Shown piece by piece: positions 46,580-57,500 of a stretch of 64,000 nt of DNA. Below the pieces are notes generated by a model that was given only the letters and a program-made list of their open reading frames with translations, was not told where the DNA came from and searched no databases. The stretch lies in assembly GCA_963790475.1 (NCBI GenBank), contig CAWBOS010000010.1, positions 1,654,961 to 1,718,960 of the forward strand, given 5' to 3'. Both the position numbers and the translations under genes were made by a program. Source of the stretch: an uncultured delta proteobacterium (GTDB taxonomy: Bacteria > Desulfobacterota > RBG-13-43-22). Position 1 is the stretch's first letter; every line of letters starts with the position of its first letter.

Positions 46580-47761
46580 TCATCGTCCGGCAACTGAAGC
46601 GATATGGATATTCGGCCTTCCGAATTCGGCAACAGTCGGGCTTAAATCCAGGGCTCGCCCCGGCGTCGTTGGCGCAATAAAGGAGTCGGGCTTCAAATCC
46701 CATTCTTTCAAAACTGAGGCCAGTCCATTCACGGCATCATCAAAACCATCCCACCCAAGCTGAAAGACCTGAAAATGGGCCGCAATACTGAAATGGGCAT
46801 TCAGATCCATATGGGCCTGAACGGCCTCAGAAGGTCCCATGTGGAGGATGGAAAATTGCGGAGGAGATTGGTCTTTCGATTTCTGCGTTCGGAAAGGTGA
46901 AATAGGAAGGAGTGCCGCCCGGATCGGAGAAAAACGCCGGGCAATTTCGCGGAAATGGGGACCGTATCCGGTGTCCCCGGCATAATAAACGTTTCCTGAG
47001 GGGCCGGAGATGACAAAACCTCCCCAGAGAGTTTTATTACGGTCCCAGGGGGTACGCGCCGAAAAGTGCTGGGCCGGTACCAGGGTTATTTTCACTCGGG
47101 GAGACAAAGAAATGGATCGCCACCAGTCGATTTCGTCCACCTGGGGAATCCCCGATTCCCGGACGAGATCGAGGTCTCCGAGAGGCACAACGGCGTGAGG
47201 CGTGCCTTTCCCGGCCAGGCGTTTGAGCGTGGGCAAATCAAGATGATCGTAATGATTATGGGAAATCAGGACGACATCAATGGCAGGCAGGTCTTCGAAT
47301 CGTATGCCGGGCTGCTTATGTCGTTTGGGTCCCGCCCAGGATACCGGACTGCAGCGTTTGGACCAGATGGGATCGGTCAGGATATTAAAGGAATCCATTT
47401 GAATCAGGAAAGTGGAATGCCCGATCGGCGTGATCCGGAGTGTTCCCGTGGGTACACGAGCCACTGGGGGCGGCCCGGGAGTAAAATCCTTGATTTCCGG
47501 CCATTCGGGCCGATCGTTGTTGAATACCCACCTCCAAAGATACCAAAAACTGCTTCGGTTTGGAGGATTATTCGGAGATGAGGGCGAGGATTGCGAAAGC
47601 CCGGGATTGAAGAATACAGTACCGTTGAAATGATCCGAGACTTGTTGAGGTTTTCCAAGGGAAGGGCTTAGCTCCGGCCCGCGAGCGGTGAACGGCAAAA
47701 AAAACATTACCGCTAAACAAAAAACAAAAACTCCGATTGTTAGCCTTTTATTGCCGCCCAT
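46580..47761 (-). CDS. MBL-fold hydrolase (NAPE-PLD-like), secreted
   Basis: 393 aa with a signal peptide and an HxHxDH-type motif (LISHNHYDHLD). Confidence 0.8.
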   Translation of the reverse strand: MGGNKRLTIGVFVFCLAVMFFLPFTARGPELSPSLGKPQQVSDHFNGTVFFNPGLSQSSPSSPNNPPNRSSFWYLWRWVFNNDRPEWPEIKDFTPGPPPVARVPTGTLRITPIGHSTFLIQMDSFNILTDPIWSKRCSPVSWAGPKRHKQPGIRFEDLPAIDVVLISHNHYDHLDLPTLKRLAGKGTPHAVVPLGDLDLVRESGIPQVDEIDWWRSISLSPRVKITLVPAQHFSARTPWDRNKTLWGGFVISGPSGNVYYAGDTGYGPHFREIARRFSPIRAALLPISPFRTQKSKDQSPPQFSILHMGPSEAVQAHMDLNAHFSIAAHFQVFQLGWDGFDDAVNGLASVLKEWDLKPDSFIAPTTPGRALDLSPTVAEFGRPNIHIASVAGR

Positions 47762-47905
47762 ATTATTTCCTTTGTTTTCTCCTTGACTCGCTTTGGTTCA
47801 TTTTATAGTCTTTTTCACCAAAAGCCAATTTTTATTGAACAAGCCTGGAAGTCTGAAGGGAAAATTTCCCCTCCCCCCCCTTTGTTAAAGAGGTGTTTCA
47901 AGCTT

Positions 47906-47937
47906 CCCCCTTTGGAAAAGGGGGATCGAGGGGGATT
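47906..47937. repeat. Short G/C hairpin repeat (translates as ..PLEKGDRGGF..)
   Basis: CCCCCTTTGGAAAAGGGGGATCGAGGGGGATTT. It accounts for the spurious N-terminal extension of tracked ORF 47783-49690. Confidence 0.5.
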
Positions 47938-47974
47938 TAAAATCTTTTTTAGTCTTAAAGGAGAGAAAATAAAC

Positions 47975-49690
47975 GTGAAGACCTATCCCGAATACAGCAC
48001 CAATTACCCCCTGCTCCTGACAACTTTTATGAAAAGGCCGGTCAACCTTTATCCGGACAGAATAGGGGTGGTCTACCGAAGCCCGAAGACCGGCCGCTAT
48101 TTCCGCTTCACCTGGCGCGAGTGGTACCAACGCACCTGCCGGCTGGCTAATGCCCTGCAATCGCTGGGGGTCAATCCCGGGAAAGCGAGGGAACCGGGTG
48201 ACCGGGTGGCGACCATGGCCCTCAATCATCATGCCCATCTGGAACTCTATTACGCCGTTTCCTGTTCAGGTGCGGTTCTGCACCCCATCAATATCAGACT
48301 TTCTCTGGATCACATCGTCCATACCATCATTCATGGAGAAGATAAAATTTTGTTTTTCGATGATGAATTTCTGCCCATGGTAGAAACCATCTATGATCGG
48401 ATTAAAGACACCGTTAAAACCTTGGTCTATATTTCCGAAAAGCCGGGGAAACCGGAAACAAAACTAAAGAATCTCCTCATTTATGAAGAACTGCTCGAGA
48501 AGCAGTCGCCGGAATTCGAATGGCCCTACCTTCATGAAGATACCTATGCCACCCTGTGTTACACTACCGGCACCACAGGAATGCCCAAAGGGGTCATGTT
48601 CACCCATAGGACCCTTTATCTTATCAACATTCACAAAATGGCCAGGGATTTTCTAAATAACGACCCTGCCCTGGTCTATTCGGGTGAAAAGGAAGTAGTC
48701 CTGTTGAATACACCCTTGTATCATATTCACGGTTGGGGATACCCCTACCAGTTTCTCTTCTCGGCCAACAAACTGGTCTTCCCCGGAAAATTTACTGCTG
48801 AGGGGTTTTGCGAAATAGTCCAGACCGAGAAGGTGACCATGTCCAATCTGGTGCCCACCAGTCTGGCCATGCTGATTGAGTATGAAGATTTGAAGAAATA
48901 TGATTTGAGCAGCCTGAAGAATATCCAGGTGGGAGGTGCAGCCTTGCCCCTGGGTCTCAAAGCCAAGGCCGAGGAGTTGATCCCCGGATTTGTGGCCACC
49001 TCCGCCTACGGCATGACCGAAACCGCCCCCTCGGTTGTGGCTACCTTTATCAAGCAGGAGATGATAGACAAATCCAAAGAGGAACTGGATGCGATCCGGG
49101 TTAAAACAGGCCTTCCTCTGCCAGGGTTGGAGGTCGAGGTGGTGGATGATCAAGACCGGCCGGTGCCCCGTGATGATTCCACTATCGGCCAGATCATTAT
49201 CCGGGGGCCTTGGGTCATGGAGCAGTATTACAAAGATCCGGAAAACACGGCCAAGGTCTGGCCCGACGGTTGGTTTCATACCGGCGATGTGGCCAGGGTC
49301 GATTCAAAGGGTTACCTGACCATCGCCGACCGGGTGTCTGATATGATTCGCAGCGGGGCCGAGATGGTACCCACCGTACTGCTGGAAAACGTGGCCGCTT
49401 CCGCCGACTTCATCCTTGAAGCGACTTTTGTCGGCGTCCCGGATGCCAAGTGGGGCCAAAGACCCATGGCTATCGTAACCCTGGTCTCGGGTGTGAATAA
49501 AACCGAGGAAGACGTCCTTCAATATCTGAGAACGGAAGGAGTGGAAAAAGGAAAGATCGCCAAATGGATGCTTCCGGATTATATTCTCATCACTAACGAT
49601 ATACCCAAGACCAGTGTCGGGAAATTTAACAAACTCTTCATCAAAGAGAATATGGCGACCTTTCTGTCCGGAGCAAAAAAAATGGTTTAG
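47975..49690 (+). CDS. AMP-dependent acyl-CoA synthetase/ligase, paralogue 2 of 11840-13558
   Basis: GTG start with AAAGGAGAG upstream. The N-terminus (V)KTYPEYSTNYPLLLTTFMKRPV is identical over about 20 aa to the gene at 11840. Also contains CYTTGTTGMPKGVMFTHR. Confidence 0.9.
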   Translation: MKTYPEYSTNYPLLLTTFMKRPVNLYPDRIGVVYRSPKTGRYFRFTWREWYQRTCRLANALQSLGVNPGKAREPGDRVATMALNHHAHLELYYAVSCSGAVLHPINIRLSLDHIVHTIIHGEDKILFFDDEFLPMVETIYDRIKDTVKTLVYISEKPGKPETKLKNLLIYEELLEKQSPEFEWPYLHEDTYATLCYTTGTTGMPKGVMFTHRTLYLINIHKMARDFLNNDPALVYSGEKEVVLLNTPLYHIHGWGYPYQFLFSANKLVFPGKFTAEGFCEIVQTEKVTMSNLVPTSLAMLIEYEDLKKYDLSSLKNIQVGGAALPLGLKAKAEELIPGFVATSAYGMTETAPSVVATFIKQEMIDKSKEELDAIRVKTGLPLPGLEVEVVDDQDRPVPRDDSTIGQIIIRGPWVMEQYYKDPENTAKVWPDGWFHTGDVARVDSKGYLTIADRVSDMIRSGAEMVPTVLLENVAASADFILEATFVGVPDAKWGQRPMAIVTLVSGVNKTEEDVLQYLRTEGVEKGKIAKWMLPDYILITNDIPKTSVGKFNKLFIKENMATFLSGAKKMV

Positions 49691-49768
49691 AGGGCACAAA
49701 TTTTTCCTCTCGCCCGTTCCCTCCGGTCTCTTAAGCCCGCCGAGTTCTCAGAGAGGGACTTCCTTTTT

Positions 49769-49979
49769 CAGGTAAATCGTTGAGTGGGCCGATTTACCTG
49801 GCCCCGCTACCCTACGAGGCTATGTTTGCCGACAGGCGATAGCTGGTTATTGATTGCCGGCCCGTTGCCGGCGCAACGGCGGGACAATCAATAAATTAGG
49901 TCATCCCTGCGACTCTGAGAGCTCTCTGAGAGAAAAGACTTTGTCCGGTTTTTGTCTGTGTGCGTCTGTGGCAAAAAGG
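49769..49979. repeat. Composite hairpin/repeat region related to 28601-28793
   Basis: A perfect 11-bp hairpin CAGGTAAATCG/CGATTTACCTG (49769-49800). TTATTGATTGCC...CAATCAATAA lies at 49847-49894. A ..GTGCGTCTGTGGCAAAAAGG motif lies at 49956-49979. Confidence 0.6.
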
Positions 49980-50004
49980 TTTTTGATAAACAGCTAAAGT
50001 GTTA

Positions 50005-50409
50005 TTATTTTTTTACCTCCCATAACACATTAACAATGACCCATCGGCCGTCAAATTTTGCCAGATGCATATAATCAATCCAGCCAGCCGCCTCCAATTT
50101 CACGCTGGCCATACCGCCATAGATATCCAAAACCGTCACTTCTTTCATTCGTTTCTCCGGAGGCGTTGCCTGGCCTTGACCCGAGCGCCAGCGTTCTGCC
50201 AGCCTGGCGGCGCTCATATTTTCCAGGGTGTCCTGGCCGGAGTCCGGATGGGTGCGGACGATTCGCTTGGCCAGATCAGGGTGCAGGCTTTTTATCCCTC
50301 TCTCCGGATCTCCCTGGTACCAGGCTTCAATATAATTCATTACCGTTTGTTTGATGGCCTCTACGTCTGCAATGGAAGTTTCTTTATCAGGTTCTGTTCG
50401 GATCGTCAT
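50005..50409 (-). CDS. NTF2-like (SnoaL/lumazine-binding-like) family protein
   Basis: 134 aa with ..YIEAWYQGDPERG...GGMASVKLEAAGWIDYMHLAKFDGRWVIVNVLWE. Confidence 0.55.
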   Translation of the reverse strand: MTIRTEPDKETSIADVEAIKQTVMNYIEAWYQGDPERGIKSLHPDLAKRIVRTHPDSGQDTLENMSAARLAERWRSGQGQATPPEKRMKEVTVLDIYGGMASVKLEAAGWIDYMHLAKFDGRWVIVNVLWEVKK

Positions 50410-50438
50410 CGCCTATCCCCCCATAGAAAATTGATTTT

Positions 50439-51947
50439 TTAGATAAGCCCCTCCCAGACCTTCCGTTCCTGCTTAAAGGGATCCTCGCTAATCTTGACTT
50501 CGGTGCCCAGTAGCATAGTGCTCCTCTTTTTCTGATCGTAAGGCGCCCATCGAGGAATATTTTTGTGGGTCGGATTTCCGTTTCGGGCAAAAGAAGTCCA
50601 GGCATCCATTATCTTCCCGCTGAGAACATCGGTTTCCGCACTTCTTTTGGGGTAGATCTTTCTCTCCTTTTCTCCCAGTGCGCCAAATACAAAAGGTATT
50701 TCCAGGGCATGGCAAGCCCCCAGGATTCCCCCCATAGCCGGGGATCGATAAGTAAACAAATAAGAAAATACCTGGGATTGATGCCTGCTTTGGGCTTCGA
50801 CCAACCGTATCGCCGGAATCCGAAATCTAAAATCAGTCATGACCGCATCCAGAATATTCAATGGATCAATCGGCAGTTTGCCTTCCCTGGCCCGGGAATA
50901 CGTTTCAATCAGTTGTTTAGCCTGAGACTCGTCTTTTCCAAATATTCTTAGTATTCTGTGAACGGATTTCAGTAACCCATTTTCATCAAAACCTTTTGCC
51001 GGCGGACGCATGGCCGTATATAATTTGGCTTCATCCTGGTTGGTCCCGACGATCAGCGAGATATCCTTGGCCAGGCCCTTACCTACGGCTGCAAGAGGAT
51101 GTTCCAATAAAGTTTTTCCGTCAACAAAGATACCATAGGGAAAATTTCTTCCTTTTTGCCGGGCCTCCAATTCCAGTCGAGTTCCGACATCGACAATCTT
51201 TCGGGTGGGTATTTTGCGCAAGACTTTGATATCGAATTCCTTCAATCCCAGTTCCGATAGGATTATTTCGGTGTTCTTTTCCGCTGGCGGGTGATGCACC
51301 AAAGGATGGCAGACACCGCTTTGGGCAATCACCCGGTGGAAAAGACCTTGAGCCGCGGGCATGGCCATCAAGGCACAGACAGCCACGCCCCCGGCGGATT
51401 CCCCAAAGATGGTCACATTATCCGGGTCCCCGCCGAAGGATTCGATGTTGTCCCGGACCCATTCCAGGGCGGTGATTTGATCCGATTGACCCAAGTTCGC
51501 TATTTCATTTTTAACGTATAAATATCCGAAAATGCCCACCCGGTAATTAATGGTCACCACGACCACATCGTCGCGCCGGGCCAAAGCGGAACCGTCATCC
51601 CAGGCACCGCTGCCGAAGGAAAGGCCTCCGCCATGGATCCAAAACAGCACCGGACGCCGCCGCTTATCCGTTCCCGGAGTCCAGACGTTTAGGTTCAAAC
51701 AATCCTTTTCACTCTGCTCCCACTCCGAATCGGGACCGATGAAGGTATCTATCCTTTGCGGTGAAATCGGACCGTATTGGGTGCAGTCCAGAATTGGCTT
51801 CCAAGGTTCTTTAGGAATTGAGGGTTTAAAGCGCAATTCGCCGACCGGAGGTTCCGCAAAAGGGATCCCTTTAAATATTTTTATCCCGTTTTCGGAATAG
51901 CCCCGAATTTCTCCCGCTCTGGTTTCAACGACATTTTTTGGGTTCAT
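50439..51947 (-). CDS. Type-B carboxylesterase/lipase (pnbA-like)
   Basis: Contains VETRAGEIRGY, FWIHGGG and the nucleophile elbow FGESAGG. Start chosen at MNPKN (GAGGGA upstream). The tracked ORF starts at 51989. Confidence 0.9.
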   Translation of the reverse strand: MNPKNVVETRAGEIRGYSENGIKIFKGIPFAEPPVGELRFKPSIPKEPWKPILDCTQYGPISPQRIDTFIGPDSEWEQSEKDCLNLNVWTPGTDKRRRPVLFWIHGGGLSFGSGAWDDGSALARRDDVVVVTINYRVGIFGYLYVKNEIANLGQSDQITALEWVRDNIESFGGDPDNVTIFGESAGGVAVCALMAMPAAQGLFHRVIAQSGVCHPLVHHPPAEKNTEIILSELGLKEFDIKVLRKIPTRKIVDVGTRLELEARQKGRNFPYGIFVDGKTLLEHPLAAVGKGLAKDISLIVGTNQDEAKLYTAMRPPAKGFDENGLLKSVHRILRIFGKDESQAKQLIETYSRAREGKLPIDPLNILDAVMTDFRFRIPAIRLVEAQSRHQSQVFSYLFTYRSPAMGGILGACHALEIPFVFGALGEKERKIYPKRSAETDVLSGKIMDAWTSFARNGNPTHKNIPRWAPYDQKKRSTMLLGTEVKISEDPFKQERKVWEGLI

Positions 51948-52367
51948 ACTTCCCTCATGTTTGGTTATCATTATGATGATTGAACTCACTTCTTGAAGGC
52001 TGGAGTATAAAATAAGAAAAAGACAGGATCAAGGAGAAAAGCAAACCAATGGGGCAGGATAGAAGGCATCCTTGCTAATTTTTCATTTAACCAGCTATCG
52101 TTAAGGTTAGAAGCAATAAACGGGTAAACTTGCCAAGTAAGTCTTATTGCCAATCCAATTTCCGATCGCCTACCACGGTAGCGAAACATTGCCCATGAAA
52201 TTTTTCATTTGAATCTATCTCCTTCTTTTTTCTGCAAGGACGGGAATAAAACCCATCCTTCATATAGGTGTTTTCCCATTTGGTTATTCCTATGGGGACT
52301 TCGTATAGGTACTTTCTGAGAATCCCACTTCATTTCCCGCTCCAATTTTTGCGAGCTCTTACCTAAA

Positions 52368-52947
52368 TCACTTAGAGCCGAGTTCTGCAATGAATGACCG
52401 TGTTAATTGGACAGTTCCATCTCCCTTTATGCCTATGCCCATCACATTTTCATGCCAGGGAGAAAGCCCATAGGTGATGATTTTTCCATCTTGGACCACA
52501 CCTCTACCGCTATAAATACCATCTGCAAGTCCGGGATGTATTTTATACAATTCGGGCATGTTAAGCGGATCTGTATAAAAAGCGAATTTCTTTCCCCTTA
52601 GGACACCTGCTTCCGCTAAGACAATGCCGGAATAGGCGTTGGCGGCAACGGGTTTCCCCTCTGACAGAGCTTTCTTTACTAACGCAATTGCTTCCTGCGG
52701 CACCGGTGGCCCCGGCATCAATCCGGCAGCCATGTGCGCCAGGATGATACCCTTATAGTTGGTTAGAATTTGACAGTAAAATGGATTGGGAAATTATTTA
52801 GGAGAAAAAAACAAGCCCCTATAAGGAGGTCTCCCTTTATGGAGGCTTCATATTGGAAATTTCTCAAACTTCCACCTCATATCCGCTCCAAAATAAGGGA
52901 TCAGACTCTATCTGAATCCCATTTTCGTTCGCTTTGGCCATGATCAT
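52368..52947 (-). pseudogene. DJ-1/PfpI-family gene interrupted by stops
   Basis: The intact-looking C-terminal 121 codons form the tracked ORF. An N-terminal piece, M(IM)AKANENGIQIESDPLFWSGYEVEV*, has a GGAGG RBS at 52947. The middle is broken by stops or frameshifts. Confidence 0.5.
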
Positions 52948-52956
52948 TACCTCCAT

Positions 52957-53216
52957 TTAATGGTAAATGTCATCATTGAAAATCTCTAAACCTTCAATAA
53001 TCGGGGATCGAAAAAATATAAGACTCGGATTTATTGCCGTTTCACGGTGAATGATCTTTTCTAAATCGGCTACATGAGGAGGCTCGTCTTTCAAAACATT
53101 ATCCCATACGATGTCACGATTGACGTCAAAGCAGCCATGAATCAAACGATCTATCAAAGCCCGGCCAGCTCTTCTTCGTTTCTCAACTTTTCGTCCTTCA
53201 CAATTTGTCCTTTCCC
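52957..53216 (-). pseudogene. Degenerate HepT/DUF86 (HEPN toxin) remnant
   Basis: ..RRAGRALIDRLIHGCFDVNRDIVWDNVLKDEPPHVADLEKII matches the DUF86 C-terminal half. The RN of the RNxxxH motif reads ID. The N-terminus is cut off by the neighbouring esterase gene, and there is no MNT partner. Confidence 0.45.
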
Positions 53217-54122
53217 CTACGCTTTTCCTTTCATATATTTATTAACGAAATCACCTACTTTTTCAATACCTTCTTGCCCTTCCGGCGCCCACGCAGCAAA
53301 AGCATGAAACACGTGAATCATATCTTCAAAAATCTCTAAGGTGACATCAACTCCTGCTTCTTTTGCAAGTTGAGCAAGCCGAGTTGAATCGTCATAAAGA
53401 ATCTCGGATGTTCCTACATGGATGAGGAGCGGAGGTAATCCCCGGAGGTCCGCAAAAAGAGGGGAAACCAAAGGATTCTTTCTGTCTTTTTCTTCAACGT
53501 ATTGACTCACCATGAACTCCATGCCTTCCGGTGATACAAATGGGTCCAATTCTGCTCTGGTTTTCAATGATTCACCAGACAAGGTAAAGTCTGTTGCAGG
53601 AGAAAGACACACTGCCGCAACTGGAAGAAGCGTTCCTTCATCTCGAAGTTTGATAAGGATAGTTAGCGTCAGATTGCCTCCAGCAGAATCCCCGGCAATT
53701 ATTAAATTCTCAGGTTTAATTCCTTGGGATAGAACCCATTTATAGGCAGAAATACAATCATTCAGTCCCGCTGGAAATGGGTGTTCCGGGGCAAGCCTGT
53801 AATCGACAATTAAAACCCGCGTTTTAGATGCCCTGGAAATTCCAGCTACAAGGTTTCGATGTGTATTAATTGAACCTGCTATCCAACCTCCTCCGTGGAG
53901 GTATAAAATAACATTGCTTTCTACAGCACCTGGAGTGGAAACCCATTCAGCCGGAACTCCCCCGGCATCTATCGGAACGCATTTCACATCGTCAGGAAGT
54001 CCCGCCATTGTAGCCATTTGCTCTAAACCGTCTCGCATAGCTTGTACGCTTAGTTCTTCTTGCTGGAATTCTTGAAATTGTTTCACTAAATTAATTACAT
54101 TTTGCATTCCTTCACTAATCAT
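53217..54122 (-). CDS. Alpha/beta hydrolase fold-3 (HSL-family) esterase
   Basis: 301 aa with the HGGGW oxyanion motif and the GDSAGG nucleophile elbow. Confidence 0.9.
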   Translation of the reverse strand: MISEGMQNVINLVKQFQEFQQEELSVQAMRDGLEQMATMAGLPDDVKCVPIDAGGVPAEWVSTPGAVESNVILYLHGGGWIAGSINTHRNLVAGISRASKTRVLIVDYRLAPEHPFPAGLNDCISAYKWVLSQGIKPENLIIAGDSAGGNLTLTILIKLRDEGTLLPVAAVCLSPATDFTLSGESLKTRAELDPFVSPEGMEFMVSQYVEEKDRKNPLVSPLFADLRGLPPLLIHVGTSEILYDDSTRLAQLAKEAGVDVTLEIFEDMIHVFHAFAAWAPEGQEGIEKVGDFVNKYMKGKA

Positions 54123-54553
54123 CGGCTTATTCCTCCTTTTTCAACTTTGGAAAATAAGGACAGCACCTATTTTCCTAATGATCGAAAACATCATAGGAAA
54201 ATATTGACTCTCGTTTTCAATTTTTTTTAAGAGAAAATCTTCCTAAGAAATACAATGAAAACTTTTTATGGAAAAAATGGATACCTGTTCAGCTATCACT
54301 TCAACCGGTTGTTTGGCCGTATAACTTACTTTAAAAAGCAATTAAATGTTAACTTCACAGATACGGGTGAAAGGAAATCTTGGTTTGAACTGCATTTAAA
54401 ATAAATAAATGAGGATGCGGTTCTGCTTTGTGCTGTGTGTGGTTCTTTGGTCTGTGTATATACCGGAAGATTCTGAAATGTCAAAAGTTTTTCCTGGGGA
54501 GGTCATAGGGGAAAAGCCAGGCCTCTGCTGATCAGCCGTTGTTTCGCTCCCCA

Positions 54554-57500
54554 TCAAAGCTTCCCCAAAATCTCCCGTGTCCTCTCCAGGTAATATTCCA
54601 TTCCCATCTCCTGAAACATTCCTTCCGCCTCTTTCAGGTTTTCCAGGGCCTTTTCTTTTTCGCCCCCATCCAGGCAGAACTCGCCCAGGTACATGCGTCC
54701 CGGCGAATAGAAGGGTTTCAGTTCTTGGTCTTGTAGGATGGCCAATCCCTGAGAGAAACATTCTTCAGCCTTTTCAATCCGTCGTGGTTCCTTTTTGCCA
54801 AGCACTCTCCCGAGACCAACAAGTGCAAGGCCTTCCACTGCTTTTTCACCGTTCTTGCGAGAAAGGCTCAAGGCCTCTTCCATAACGGTTTTGGCATTTT
54901 CCAGATCGTTCAGGGCCAGGCCAATTTCACCCATAGTGTAATGAGCAATGGAAATGGTTTGTACAACGCCAGTCTCAGCCCATATATGAAGCCCCTTTTC
55001 TGCCTTTTTTCTGCCGGTCTCGGGATCGCCAAGAAATGAATGAACATGTCCGAGGAAACATAAGGCCATGGCTGCTCCCCAAGTAAACTTGGCTTCTTCA
55101 CAATAGACAATTCCCTCCTCAAAGTGCTCCTTTGCGGATGTAAAGTCTCCTTTGGAGTAATAGAGCAAACCATAAAAAACCTGAGTTATTCCCAGAGTGG
55201 CCGGGTCACCGGTCAGCAAAGCATTAGAGAGGGCTTTCTCCATGAAGGCCTTTCCTTCTTCAAAACGCCCTAAGACGCCCAAGGCATCGCCGCAATATGA
55301 ACAAATAAAAGAATATGGATTCAGAGATACAGTAAAGAATTCGGATTCTCTTCCTTTTTTCTCGATAAGATGGATCACCTCGGGCATTTTATCAATGATC
55401 TTTTTATATTGGCCTAATGAATAGTAGGTAACACAAAGAGAAACACCAAGAGGGACCATCAAGTCAATATCCTGTGCCTTTAGGGTCTCTTCAAAACCCT
55501 CTTCCGTATACCTGATCGCTGTCAGATAATCCCCTGTTTGCGTGTAATAATTTCCCAACAAAGAATGGATTAATGCGAGACGTCTCGTGTCCCCCATCTC
55601 CTTTGCCAGCCCTTCGCCTTGCATAAGAAACCCGAAGGAACCTTCCGGATATCCGAGAAGTGCCATCGGAGGTCTCATTAATAATATAATATCGATTATT
55701 TCTTTCTTCTTCTCATTGATTTCAGGTGGTCTGCTGAGAAAATTCACGGCCTCCTTATAGAAACCGTAAGCCTCCCAGAGGGCATGATTTCGAACCGCCT
55801 TTCCCCTAGATAACTTTAAGTATTGGCCACCCTTCTCAATCTCTTCACTTTTGGAGTAATGATAGGCCAGGACTTCATAGAATTCTTCCAGGTTTCCGGC
55901 ATAGATCTCCTCTATGGCACTTCCGATCCTCTTGTGGATCTCTTTGCGTCGGTTGGAGAGGAGGCTGTTGTAGGCCACTTCCTGGGTCAGAGCATGTTTG
56001 AAGACATATTCGAGCTCCGGGAAGAGGCTCTTTTCGTAGATGAGCTCCAGTCCCTGGAGATTCAAAAGCTCGGACTTCAGGTCTTCCCTCAGGTCGCTGA
56101 TGGCTTGTAGAATGCGGAAGGCGAACTCCCTGCCGATGACCGAGGCCACTTGCATGATTCTTTTCAGGTTCTCCTCCAGCCGGTCCATCCGGGCGGCAAT
56201 GATACCCTGGATGGTGTCAGGCACCTGGAGGTCTGAGGGCTTTTTGCTTAATATGAATTGATCTCCGCTTCTCTGGATTGATCCGTTCTCCAGTAGTGAG
56301 TGGGTCAACTCCTCCATGAATAGGGGATTGCCTGCGGCCCGGTTCAGGATAAGGCTGCTGAGTTCCGGGGCGGTTTCCCCCCTTCCAGGATGGCCCTGAC
56401 CAGTTCGGCACTGGACTTCAGGGTGAGTTGATCCAGCCCAATCCGGTTGAAGTAGGACTTGTTCCCCCAACTATGGGTGTATTCGGGACGGTAGAGCAAG
56501 ACCAACATAACCTTCACATTGGCCAGCCAGCCGATGAGGTAGTCCAGGAACTCTTCGGAGGTCTTGTCGATCCAATGGAGATCTTCTATGACCAGTACCA
56601 GGGGACGTTCCTGGCTTTCCCTGATGAACAGATCTCGAAGGGCCTCAAAGACCTTTTCCCTTCTTTGTTTAGGTTCGAGCTTAAGGTAGCCCTCATCCTC
56701 CACCTTGAGAGAGAGGAGATCCTGAATCGGTGAGATGATCCCCTGAAGCTTCTCGTCAAGGCCTAAGATTCTTTCCCTGACCCGCTTGCGGATGACCATT
56801 TCCCGCTCACCTTCCCTGATTTCAAAAAAGGATCTCAGAACGTCGAGGATGGGAAGATATGGCATGGCTCCCCCATAGTGGATGCAGTGGCCTTCCAGAT
56901 AACCGAATTCTTCTTGAGGCAGTCGGTTTCTGAACTCAAACAGGAGTCTCGATTTACCCACCCCGGCCTCTCCAACCATCCCCACTACCTGGCCGGTTCC
57001 GCTCTTTACCTTCTCGTAGGCCTCCATCAGGGCAGCCATGGAGTTCTTCCGACCCACAAACCGGGTAAGCCCCCTGGCCATAGACGCTTCCAGCCTGGTA
57101 GCTGCTCCCCCGGCCTTGACCAGCTCAAAGGCTTCCTGGGGCTCTTCCTTGCCTTTCACTTCCAATGGACCAATCGGTTTCAGATCGAAGTAGTCCTTGA
57201 CCAGGCGGTGAGTGTCCCTGGAGAGAAGCACGGTCCCGGGCTGAGCCAGGCCCTCCATACGGGAGGCCAGATTGATGGTGTCCCCGATGGCCGTGTAATC
57301 CATGTGCAGATCGTCCCCGATGGAACCGACGACCACGGGACCGGAGTTGAGGCCGATACGCATCTGAAATTCCCGGCCATAATCCTTCTTGATCTTCTCA
57401 CTGTATTCGGCCAGGTCCTTCTGAATAGCCAGGGCCGCATAACAGGCCCGCTGGGCATGGTCCTCATGGGCCAGGGGGGCACCGAACAGGGCCATGACCC

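Noticed and set aside
47783-47974. 64-codon N-terminal extension of the second ligase paralogue.
   Set aside because: It translates a G/C hairpin repeat (PPLEKGDRGGF). The paralogue alignment and RBS support the GTG start at 47975.
54396-54761. 121-codon minus-strand ORF overlapping the 3' end of the cyclase-TPR gene.
   Set aside because: It is an off-frame overlap with a well-supported TPR coding region, and the composition is Gly/Pro/Arg-rich.
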